64,000 bases of DNA from Candidatus Sericytochromatia bacterium (GTDB taxonomy: Bacteria; Cyanobacteriota; Sericytochromatia; S15B-MN24; JAQBPE01). Both the position numbers and the translations under genes were made by a program. Below, in pieces: positions 56,529 to 64,000 of this stretch. Position 1 is the first letter of the stretch; every line of letters starts with the position of its first letter. The notes under the pieces were generated by a model. The model saw nothing but the letters and a program-made list of their open reading frames with translations. It had not been told where the DNA came from and made no database searches. The stretch spans positions 7,516 through 71,515 of the forward strand of contig JAKFEW010000058.1 of assembly GCA_036675505.1 (NCBI GenBank), read 5' to 3'.

Positions 56529-58214
56529 ATGCGTCGAGGAATCGCAATCGCGATCATGATGTTGGTGGGCGCGTGCCAGCCGCCCGGCGCCACCAACGGG
56601 GGCGGCAAGGCCACGCGCACGAACGCCGCGCCGTCGACCTCGCCGTCGACCGCACCGAGCGCGGCGGGTCCGCGCCCGAAGGCCTCCCCCGCGCCAAAGG
56701 CTTCGGCCGGCACGGGCGCCACCGCCACCTCGAGCGCCGCCCCGATCACCGACGTCACCAAGCTCGGCAGGCTCCAGGCGCCGCCTGGCGCCACCAGCAA
56801 GCTCACCGGCACGATCAAGGTCGACGCGGCGTACATGGTCTCGGCCGGCGCGGGCAACATCCTGAGCCACAACGGCGCGCAGATCGTGGCCGCCGGCGGC
56901 CTGAACATGATCGCCGCGGGGGCCGGGAACCTCGTCGCCGCGGGCGGGCTGAACCTGGTCGCGGCCGGTGGCCTGAACCTGGTCGCGGCCGGCGGCCTCA
57001 ACCTGGTCGCGGCGGGCGGCCTGAACATGATCGCGGCCGGCGCTGGCAACGCCCTGCCGGCCAACGCGGGCGCCTACGCCCTCGCCCAGGCCGCGACCGC
57101 GCCGCGCGCCGGCGACCAGCTGCCGGCGGCCGGCATGCTCGTCTCGGTCGCCTCGCTCACCACGCGGCAATACCTCCCGCTCGGCCAGGACGCGAGCGGC
57201 CAGCCCGTGTACGTCGTCTTGTCCGACGCGTCCGGCGGCTACGAGCTCTACGTGCCCGAAGGGGCAGACACGAACCTGCTCGTGATCGTCCAGCCTCCCG
57301 GCAAGCCGGATCCCCGCCTCGTTTTCAACGTCTTCACGCCGCGCGCCGAGGAGACGCGCCGGATCGTCGACGAGGACTCGGCCCTGGGCGCCCGCTACCT
57401 GCGCACCTGCATGATCGCCCGCCTGAACGAGACGCTGATCAACGACGACCCGGCGGCGATGATGGCGATGTTCAACGGCGAGGCGGCCGCGATGGAAGGC
57501 ATCAGCGAGATCCTGATCCGCTTCGCGAAGTATTACCGGGCGATCGCCATCTCGAAGGGCATCGGCCGCGACACCGACCCGCGGGTGCGGTCGGCGATGT
57601 CGCAGGCGATCGCCGACGCCGCCCTCGCGATGCTCGACATCGAAGGCGTCGAGATGGACCCGGTGCTCGCCCCCCAGTGGACCGGCGACCGCCGGGCCCG
57701 GGCCGCCCAGGTGCTCGGCGCGGCCATGCGCGACCTGCGCGAGCGCGGCGCGCGCTACCTGGCCGACCCGGCGGACCCGACGCGATACCGCGAGCGCATC
57801 GACCCGGCCTTCCTCGCGAAGGTGAACGGTCCGCAGGAGCGCGAGGTCGGGCATTTCGACGTGAGCACGATTCCGCCGTTGATCGAGCCGAACCGCCGCA
57901 TCCTGCTCCCGGCCGACCTCACCACGTTCGTCATCGACGAGTACCTCGCGCCCCACCGCGACTGGGTCTGGACGCCGCTCTCGAACCTGTATACCTGGAT
58001 CGAGCCGGACCCGGCCGCCTCGGCGGCCGCCAGCCGCGAAGCGGGCGAGCAGTTCTCGAACACCGTCCGCTTCTCCGCGGCGGCGCTCGCAGGGACCCTC
58101 GCCATCAACCTCGCCCCCCTGGGTGAGGGTCCGGACGCCCAACCCGGCACGCCCGCCGGCCTGGCGGCCGTCGCGGCGGCCCGCGCCTTCGACCCCGCGG
58201 AGGAAAGACCTTGA
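56529..58214 (+). CDS. Lipoprotein with an N-terminal tandem 8-residue repeat array (LNLVAAGG)n
   Basis: ATG at 56529 with GGAGG upstream. Lipobox LVGAC. Repeats AAGGLNMIAAGAGNLVAAGGLNLVAAGGLNLVAAGGLNLVAAGGLNMIAAGAGN. Confidence 0.6.
   Translation: MRRGIAIAIMMLVGACQPPGATNGGGKATRTNAAPSTSPSTAPSAAGPRPKASPAPKASAGTGATATSSAAPITDVTKLGRLQAPPGATSKLTGTIKVDAAYMVSAGAGNILSHNGAQIVAAGGLNMIAAGAGNLVAAGGLNLVAAGGLNLVAAGGLNLVAAGGLNMIAAGAGNALPANAGAYALAQAATAPRAGDQLPAAGMLVSVASLTTRQYLPLGQDASGQPVYVVLSDASGGYELYVPEGADTNLLVIVQPPGKPDPRLVFNVFTPRAEETRRIVDEDSALGARYLRTCMIARLNETLINDDPAAMMAMFNGEAAAMEGISEILIRFAKYYRAIAISKGIGRDTDPRVRSAMSQAIADAALAMLDIEGVEMDPVLAPQWTGDRRARAAQVLGAAMRDLRERGARYLADPADPTRYRERIDPAFLAKVNGPQEREVGHFDVSTIPPLIEPNRRILLPADLTTFVIDEYLAPHRDWVWTPLSNLYTWIEPDPAASAAASREAGEQFSNTVRFSAAALAGTLAINLAPLGEGPDAQPGTPAGLAAVAAARAFDPAEERP
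56895..57050 (+). repeat. About 7 tandem copies of a 24-bp coding repeat (ctgaacctggtcgcggccggcggc)
   Basis: Read directly. Encodes the LNLVAAGG octapeptide repeats. Potential length-variable tract. Confidence 0.6.
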
Positions 58215-60172
58215 CCCGCGTACGACGTCGCCTTTCGCTGGGCTTGCTGACCGCGTTGACCGCCGCCGCCTGTTCCTCGCCGCAGGCGCCCGCCCCGCCC
58301 ACCGAAAGCGGCACCGCGCGCGTTTCGGCCGCCTCGAAGGTGCGCGCGCTGCCGGTCGCGGCCAACAAGGGCGTGCTCCGGGGCGAGCTGTTGGTGCCGG
58401 TCGCCGGCGTGATCGCGAACCACGGCGCCAAGCTGGTCGCGAACAACAGCGCGGCCGTGGTCGCCAACAACGCCGCCGGCGTGATCGCGAACCATGGCGC
58501 TGGCTACAGCGTCGTTGCCACCGATGATCTGCTCGAGCCGGCCGCGAACGTGGAGGTCGTGGCCTTCGATCTGGCCGGCCGCCGCCTCGACGGCGCGAGC
58601 GGCCGGACGGACGCCCAGGGCCGCTTCGAGCTCAAGGGGCTCGGCTCCTCCGCGGCGGTGATCGTGCTGCGCGCGAGCCTCCAGCGCGACGGCCGGGCGA
58701 TCGCGCTCTCCAGCGTGGTGGCGGCCCCGCGCGACGGCGTGATCGAGGGCGTGAAGGTGGACCCGGCCACGTCGCTGGTGGCCCGCAAGGTCGCGGCCCT
58801 GATTGAACGCGACGCCGTCGAGCCTGTCACGTTGCGCCCCGACGGGCTCGCGGCGGCGGCGAAGGCGATCGCCGCGTCCCTCGGCGGCGCCGAGGTCACC
58901 ATCGCGGTGGCCGGCGGCAACGCCCAGGCCGCCGAAACGCTCGACACCCTGTTCGCCCAGAACGAAGGCCTGCGCGGCGAGGTCGACCGCGCCGCCGGTG
59001 CGGCCGTGGCCCGGGCGCTGCCCACCGCGCCACCCGCCACGCCAGGCGGTCCGGCCTCCGGCCCGCCGGCCAGCGCGGCGCCGCTGGTCGCGGTCGGCCC
59101 GGGCGTCGCGTCGGGCGAGCCGAAGGCCGAACCATCGCCCGCCGCCGAACCATCGCCCTCGGCCGCGCCTTCGCCGAACACGACAGCGGCCCCGTCGATC
59201 GCGCCCTCCGTGAGGCCGTCCGAGCAGCCCGCGTCCTCGCCATCACCCGTCCCGAGCAGCGGTGTCTGGAGCGTGACCACGCTCGCGGGCGGCGACTTCG
59301 GCGAGGGCGACGGCATCGGCACGGCCGCGCAGTTCAAGGCGCCCTCGGACGTGGACCTCGCGACGAACGGCGAGCTGATCGTCCTCGACGCCGACAGCGA
59401 ACACCTGCGGCGCGTGACCACGACGGGCAAGGTGACCACCTGGCAGCTGCCGGGCGGCGACCACCACCACGTCGAGGACGCCGAATCCATCGCCGTTGAC
59501 GCCCAGGGTCGCGTCTACGCGCCGAAATCCGGCGCCGGCGGTCCTGCCGTCTGGCGCTACACCGACGGCGGGGCCGCTGTGAACTTCGCGGCGCTGCCGG
59601 CCGGGGCCGCGAGTATCGAGCTGCCGAGGGGCCTGGATTTCAACACCGGCGGCTCGCTTTACTACGCGATCGTGGGCGGGACCGAGGACACGTTGCGCGC
59701 GATCACGGCGGCCGGTGCCGAGGGCCCGGTGCTGAACGCCGGCGGGCTGCCGGTGGTCGTCCAGGGCTCCCGGGCGATCGTGGCGGGCCCGGACGGCATC
59801 CTCTACGTCGCCGGCGACCACCGGATCTTCAAGGTCACCCCGCAAGGCGGCGTCGCGACCCTGGCCGGCAACGACGACGGGTACGCCGAGGGCACCGGCA
59901 CGGAAGCCCGCTTCGACGGCATCAGCGACCTCGCCCTGGCCCCGGACGGCAGCCTGATCGTCGCGGATGCCGACAACAACCGGATTCGCCGCGTCACGAC
60001 GGCCGGCGTCGTCACCACCGTGGCGGGCGACGGCATCGAGGGCTTCCGAAACGGCGCGGCAAACACAGCGCGCTTCAGCAACCCGCTCGGCGTGGCCGTC
60101 GCCGCCGATGGCACCGTGTACGTGGCCGACGAGGGCAACGACGCCATCCGCAAGTTCACGCTGCCCCAATGA
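58211..60172 (+). CDS. Lipoprotein with an N-terminal octapeptide repeats (VIANHGAK/LVANNSAA…) and a C-terminal NHL-repeat beta-propeller
   Basis: TTG at 58211 with GGAGGA 7 nt upstream, overlapping the previous stop. Lipobox LTAAAC. NHL-type blocks (ADADNNRIRRVT, DEGNDAIRKFT, LYVAGDHRIFKVT). Confidence 0.65.
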   Translation: MTRVRRRLSLGLLTALTAAACSSPQAPAPPTESGTARVSAASKVRALPVAANKGVLRGELLVPVAGVIANHGAKLVANNSAAVVANNAAGVIANHGAGYSVVATDDLLEPAANVEVVAFDLAGRRLDGASGRTDAQGRFELKGLGSSAAVIVLRASLQRDGRAIALSSVVAAPRDGVIEGVKVDPATSLVARKVAALIERDAVEPVTLRPDGLAAAAKAIAASLGGAEVTIAVAGGNAQAAETLDTLFAQNEGLRGEVDRAAGAAVARALPTAPPATPGGPASGPPASAAPLVAVGPGVASGEPKAEPSPAAEPSPSAAPSPNTTAAPSIAPSVRPSEQPASSPSPVPSSGVWSVTTLAGGDFGEGDGIGTAAQFKAPSDVDLATNGELIVLDADSEHLRRVTTTGKVTTWQLPGGDHHHVEDAESIAVDAQGRVYAPKSGAGGPAVWRYTDGGAAVNFAALPAGAASIELPRGLDFNTGGSLYYAIVGGTEDTLRAITAAGAEGPVLNAGGLPVVVQGSRAIVAGPDGILYVAGDHRIFKVTPQGGVATLAGNDDGYAEGTGTEARFDGISDLALAPDGSLIVADADNNRIRRVTTAGVVTTVAGDGIEGFRNGAANTARFSNPLGVAVAADGTVYVADEGNDAIRKFTLPQ

Positions 60173-60177
60173 GAAAC

Positions 60178-60198
60178 GGGGCCGGCGTTGCCGGCCCC
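60178..60198. terminator. Bidirectional terminator hairpin between convergent genes
   Basis: GGGGCCGGC gtt GCCGGCCCC (perfect 9-bp stem). The minus-strand side is followed by GTTTCT. Confidence 0.5.
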
Positions 60199-60214
60199 GC
60201 CAGGTAGGGGGAGA

Positions 60215-61480
60215 TTACTCGCCGAGCGCGGCGGTGACGTCCACTTCGCCGTGACCGAACATCGGGTCGACGCCGGGCGCGCCCATGTCCTTGGCCGTGC
60301 GCTCGAGCTGCTCCTTGACCTGCTGGGCGGTCCAGTCCGGGTGCTGGCTCCACACCAGCGCAGACACGCCGGCGACGTAGGGGGCCGCCATGCTGGTGCC
60401 GCTGAACTTGGCGTAGGTGTCGCCCGGGATCGTCGACAGGATGCCGACGCCGGGAGCGGTGACGCTCATGCTGGCGTCGTGGTTCGAGAACTTCGCGAGG
60501 CCGCCGCCGCTGTCAGTCGCGCCCACGGAGAGCACGCCGGGGTACGCGGCCGGGAAGCCCAGGCCGTCGGCGCTGTTGCCGGCCGCCGCGACCACCAGCG
60601 CGCCGCTCATCACGGCCGCTTCGTAGAACTTGCGCTCGACGCTGGTCGTCGCCGTGCCGCCGAGGCTCATGCTGACGATCTTCGCGCCGTTGGTGATCGA
60701 GTAGGCGACGCCCTTCATGACGTCGTATTCCGTGCCGCCGCCCTTCGCGGTGAGCACCTTCACGGCCATCAGCTTCACGCCGGGCGCCACGCCCGCGATG
60801 CCGACGCTGTTGTTGGCGGTCGCGCCGATGATGCCGGCGCAGTGCGTGCCGTGGGCGTTGTCGTCCATCGGGCCGTTCTTGTCCTTGCGGTTGAAGATCA
60901 TGCCCGGGCGGAACGTGAAGTCCTGGCCGAGGACCACGCGGTCCTTCAAGTCGGGGTGGGTGTAGTCGATGCCGGTGTCGACCACGGCCACGATCAGGTT
61001 CGGGTCGCCGGTGGTGATCTTCCAGGCCTGCGGCACGTTCTTCTGCAAGAGGCCGTACTGCAGGGGGAAGAACTCGTCGTCCGGCGCCTCGCCGTTGGTC
61101 GGCCCGCCGAGCGCGTACATCATGGTGTTCGGGTCGGCATGCTTGATGCCGGCCTGGCCGCGCAGCGAGCCCAGGACGCGCTGGAGCATGTTCTTCTGGC
61201 CGACGTCGAAGAGGTGGTAGGTCATGCCGCGGAACGAGAAGCTGTCGAGGTGCGAGGCGCCCGAGACCTTGGGAGCCGGGACGCGATCGCCCTCGGTCGC
61301 GACGATCATTTCAGCGGGGGCATCCGCGAAGGCGTTCTTGGCCTGCATGAGCGGACGCTCACTCGCGATCTGTGCGCGTGCCGGGGCTTTCGCGCCGATC
61401 ACCGGTCCGCCGCAGGCGGCCAGCGTCAACGAGCCCGCCAGCGCAGACACGATCACCGAGGCGTACTTCCACTGAGACAT
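60215..61480 (-). CDS. Subtilisin-like serine protease (S8 family) lipoprotein
   Basis: Lipobox LAACGG. Catalytic triad blocks VVDTGID (Asp), HGTHCAG (His), GTSMAAPYVAG (Ser). SD GGAGG 5 nt upstream of ATG 61480. Confidence 0.85.
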   Translation of the reverse strand: MSQWKYASVIVSALAGSLTLAACGGPVIGAKAPARAQIASERPLMQAKNAFADAPAEMIVATEGDRVPAPKVSGASHLDSFSFRGMTYHLFDVGQKNMLQRVLGSLRGQAGIKHADPNTMMYALGGPTNGEAPDDEFFPLQYGLLQKNVPQAWKITTGDPNLIVAVVDTGIDYTHPDLKDRVVLGQDFTFRPGMIFNRKDKNGPMDDNAHGTHCAGIIGATANNSVGIAGVAPGVKLMAVKVLTAKGGGTEYDVMKGVAYSITNGAKIVSMSLGGTATTSVERKFYEAAVMSGALVVAAAGNSADGLGFPAAYPGVLSVGATDSGGGLAKFSNHDASMSVTAPGVGILSTIPGDTYAKFSGTSMAAPYVAGVSALVWSQHPDWTAQQVKEQLERTAKDMGAPGVDPMFGHGEVDVTAALGE

Positions 61481-61493
61481 CGTTACCTCCGGG

Positions 61494-61525
61494 CACAGCT
61501 TTTCTGAATACAGCTTTTCTGAATG
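61494..61525 (-). promoter_or_regulatory. Tandem direct repeat (cagcttttctgaat x2; minus strand attcagaaaagctg x2) immediately upstream of the S8 protease start
   Basis: Read directly. It sits between the putative promoter region and the SD; candidate response-regulator or repressor site. Confidence 0.3.
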
Positions 61526-61595
61526 CTGTTAACGCTATCCCGCTGGGCCCGATCGATCTTGTCCTGGGAAGATGAAGCGACGGTTAAAGTTGGGT

Positions 61596-62720
61596 TCAAT
61601 CTCGTTGAAAAGAGCGACCGGGCGCCGGCTGCAAGAGCGCCGCGAAGGCCGCCGTCAGAGGCACCGCGGCAGCCAGGCCGACCAGGCCGACCATCAGCGT
61701 GGTGGCTGCGCCGGCCAGCGTCTCGAGGTGGGGCAGCCGGATCCAGGCCGGCGGCTGGGCGCCGAGCGCGAGCAGCACCGGCAGGAAGCCGCCGAGGTAG
61801 GCGAGCAGCAGCGTGTTCGACGTGGTGGAGAGCAGGTCGCGTCCCACCTGCCAGCCGCTGCGGAAGAGCACCCCGCGGTCGAGCGTCGGGTTGGCTTCGC
61901 GCAGCTCGTCGACGGCCGCCGCGATCGAGAGCGAGAGGTCGAGCATCACGCCGAGCGCGCCGATCAACATGCTGGCCGCGAGCAAGCCCGGGAAGTTGAT
62001 CACCGCGCCCGCGAGCGACTGCGCGGCCAGGCTCTCCTCGCTGACCATGCCGGTCAGCCGTGCGCCGCCCACGCAGAAGGCGGCGACCAGGGCGGCGAGG
62101 CCGGTGGCGGCCGAGGTGCCGAGCACGGCGGCCCAGGTCTTGCGACCCATCCCGCTCGTGAGCAGCGCGGTCACCAAAGACACGGCCATCGCGATCAGCA
62201 CGGCGAGCGGCAACGGGCTCCAGCCCCGCAAGGTGAGCGGCAGCAGCACGCCGGCCACCATCCCCAGCGTCATGGCGAGCGTCAAGATCGTCTTGAGGCC
62301 GCGCCACCCGCCAACCACGACCAGGGCCGCCAGCGTGGCCGCGAGCAGGCCGTAGACGGGGGTGGCGCGCTGGTAATCCACGATTTGCCAGTCGAGCTCG
62401 TCCGCATCTTCCACTGGCAGGCCGGCCACCACCACCCGGTCGCCCGGCGCGACCTCGAGCTCGAGGCCCTGGGGCCCGGTGCCGCGCTGGACGATGGTCA
62501 CCGGCCGGCCCTGCGCATCGCCCGTGGTCAGCTCGACCGTGACGACCTGCTCCTCGGGCGTCTCGCCGGGCTCGATCCGCCGCACCACGCCGAGCTCGTG
62601 GCGGGGCTCGACGTCTTCGAGCGAGACTGGCTCGTCGGCGCGGGCGGGGGCGATCGCGATCATGATGAGGATCATGAGTGCGGGCGCGAGGAAGCGGAGG
62701 AGGCGGGCGAGAAAGGGCAT
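61596..62720 (-). CDS. YibE/F-family integral membrane protein
   Basis: ATG at 62720. Multiple TM segments with the LTLAMTLGMVAGVLLPLTL…GMGRKTWAAVLGTSAATGLAALVA pattern typical of YibE/F. Confidence 0.55.
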   Translation of the reverse strand: MPFLARLLRFLAPALMILIMIAIAPARADEPVSLEDVEPRHELGVVRRIEPGETPEEQVVTVELTTGDAQGRPVTIVQRGTGPQGLELEVAPGDRVVVAGLPVEDADELDWQIVDYQRATPVYGLLAATLAALVVVGGWRGLKTILTLAMTLGMVAGVLLPLTLRGWSPLPLAVLIAMAVSLVTALLTSGMGRKTWAAVLGTSAATGLAALVAAFCVGGARLTGMVSEESLAAQSLAGAVINFPGLLAASMLIGALGVMLDLSLSIAAAVDELREANPTLDRGVLFRSGWQVGRDLLSTTSNTLLLAYLGGFLPVLLALGAQPPAWIRLPHLETLAGAATTLMVGLVGLAAAVPLTAAFAALLQPAPGRSFQRD

Positions 62721-62898
62721 GGGCCCTGCATTGGATAACGGACAGGCGCCCAGCGTCAACTCACCTTGCCACAAACTGAAAGGTGAACATCAGTCTAGAA
62801 AGGCGTTAAAGAACGTTTAATTTTCATTCACCGCGCACACGCCCGCCCGCACCTGAACCGACATGGAACCCAGCATCCCCCTGTCCGAGGAGCGTTCC

Positions 62899-64000
62899 AT
62901 GTCCTGGTCCACTCGCCGCGCCCTTCCGCTCATCGCGAGCGTCATGCTGCTCGCCGCCTGCGGTCGCCCCACCGCCATCGGCCCCGCCACGGTGCGCCCG
63001 GGTGAGGTGCCCGAGACCAAGAGCTTCAGCCTCTCGGGCGGCAACGCCGTGTCGCTCCTGACGGACGGCCCGCAGATCTTCGACGAGATCGAATACGCGA
63101 TCCGCCAGGCGCGGAAATCCGTCCAGGTGCACATCTTCCAGCTCGGCGGCGCGACCGGCATGCGCATCGTGAAGGCGCTGGTCGACCAGAAGGCCGCGGG
63201 CGTGGCGGTCCAGGTGATCGTGGATCCCAACCACGGCGGCGCGGGCTCGGTGAAGGAGCAGTTCATGCAGTGCCTGACCGCGCTCCAGCAGGCCGGCATC
63301 CCGGTCCGCGACTACGACCTGCGCGGCATGCCCAAGGGCCCGACGTGGCTCTCCAGGCTCGGCCTGCTCGACCACTCCAAGCTGGTCGTCATCGACGGCC
63401 AGACGGCGATCATGGGCGGCATGAACTTCTACGACCACGCCGCGCCCAACCACGACTACATGGTGCGCATCGAGGGACCCGCGGCGACCCAGCTCGGCGA
63501 GCTGATGAACCAGGACTGGGTCCATTCCGGCACGAACGAAGGCACGATCGCGCTGGTGCCCGCCGGCACGCGCGGCGAGGTGACCGTGGCGCTGGCCGAG
63601 ACCAGCCCGCGCGTCCGCAACATCCGCGGCCTGCTTTGCGAGCGCTTCCTGGCCGCGCGCAAGAAAATCTGGACCGAGATGCTGTTCCTCGACGACGACC
63701 GCGTGATCGACGCGCTGGTGAAGGCCCGCGGCCGCGGCGTCGAGGTGAAGGTGATCCTCGACCCGATCAAGTGGGGCAACCACGTGCCCGAGCTCGAGAA
63801 GCTGCCCTTCAACGGCATCCCGAACTGGGCCGCCGTCAACAAGCTGATTCTGGCCGACATTCCCGTGCACTGGTACGAGAGCGATCGCCCCCAGCGCAAC
63901 CTGCACGCGAAGATCTCGATGGTGGACGACCGCTGGGTGATGACGGGCTCGGCGAACTACACCTACCGCTCGCTCGACCGCAGCCGCGAGCTGGCCATGG
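62899..64000 (+). CDS. Phospholipase D / cardiolipin synthase-like lipoprotein with two HKD motifs; 3'-partial (runs off the window, absent from the ORF track)
   Basis: ATG at 62899 with GAGGAG 6 nt upstream. Lipobox LAACG. HKD-1 LDHSKLVVIDG. HKD-2 NLHAKISMVDDRWVMTGSANYTYRS. No stop before 64000. Confidence 0.7.
   Translation, partial: MSWSTRRALPLIASVMLLAACGRPTAIGPATVRPGEVPETKSFSLSGGNAVSLLTDGPQIFDEIEYAIRQARKSVQVHIFQLGGATGMRIVKALVDQKAAGVAVQVIVDPNHGGAGSVKEQFMQCLTALQQAGIPVRDYDLRGMPKGPTWLSRLGLLDHSKLVVIDGQTAIMGGMNFYDHAAPNHDYMVRIEGPAATQLGELMNQDWVHSGTNEGTIALVPAGTRGEVTVALAETSPRVRNIRGLLCERFLAARKKIWTEMLFLDDDRVIDALVKARGRGVEVKVILDPIKWGNHVPELEKLPFNGIPNWAAVNKLILADIPVHWYESDRPQRNLHAKISMVDDRWVMTGSANYTYRSLDRSRELAM

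Noticed and set aside
56895-57050. CRISPR array?
   Set aside because: The repeats are 24-bp perfect tandems without spacers. They lie inside a lipoprotein CDS and encode an octapeptide repeat. There are no cas genes.

Overview
High-GC (about 70%) bacterial chromosomal segment. It is probably from a myxobacterium; this is an inference from the TubC-type docking domains, the dense lipoprotein content and the megasynthase style. The window is dominated by a roughly 28-kb minus-strand hybrid fatty-acyl PKS/NRPS biosynthetic gene cluster running from 8975 to about 36866. Its core genes, in 5'->3' order on the minus strand, are: fatty acyl-AMP ligase, stand-alone ACP, a luciferase-like monooxygenase carrying an N-terminal TubC-like docking domain, megasynthase 1 (KS-AT-ACP / C-A-PCP / Cy-A(Cys)-PCP-Ox), and megasynthase 2 (docking domain-C-A-PCP / KS-AT-KR-ACP / TE). 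All core junctions are 4-nt ATGA/GTGA start-stop overlaps. Accessory genes are pccB, an Sfp-type PPTase, a type II thioesterase and two paralogous lipoproteins. A MITE-like repeat family (a ~45-bp TIR, plus two ~170-bp composite elements) occurs intergenically and also in-frame inside inter-domain linkers of both megasynthases. A ~2-kb low-GC island (about 45-58% GC) with three unknown co-directional genes abuts the 3' end of the cluster. The rest of the window carries partner-switching (RsbW/RsbV-like) and c-di-GMP genes (GAF-GGDEF, HD-GYP), two GH57 alpha-glucan genes, hppA, upp, cinA, rlmD, a GDPD, an M48 peptidase, an S8 protease, a PLD-like lipoprotein and many lipoproteins, two of which carry 24-bp tandem coding repeats. 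No rRNA, tRNA or CRISPR was found. Many long ORFs in the six-frame track are antisense artefacts of the high GC content. The ORF track translates GTG/TTG alternative starts as M.
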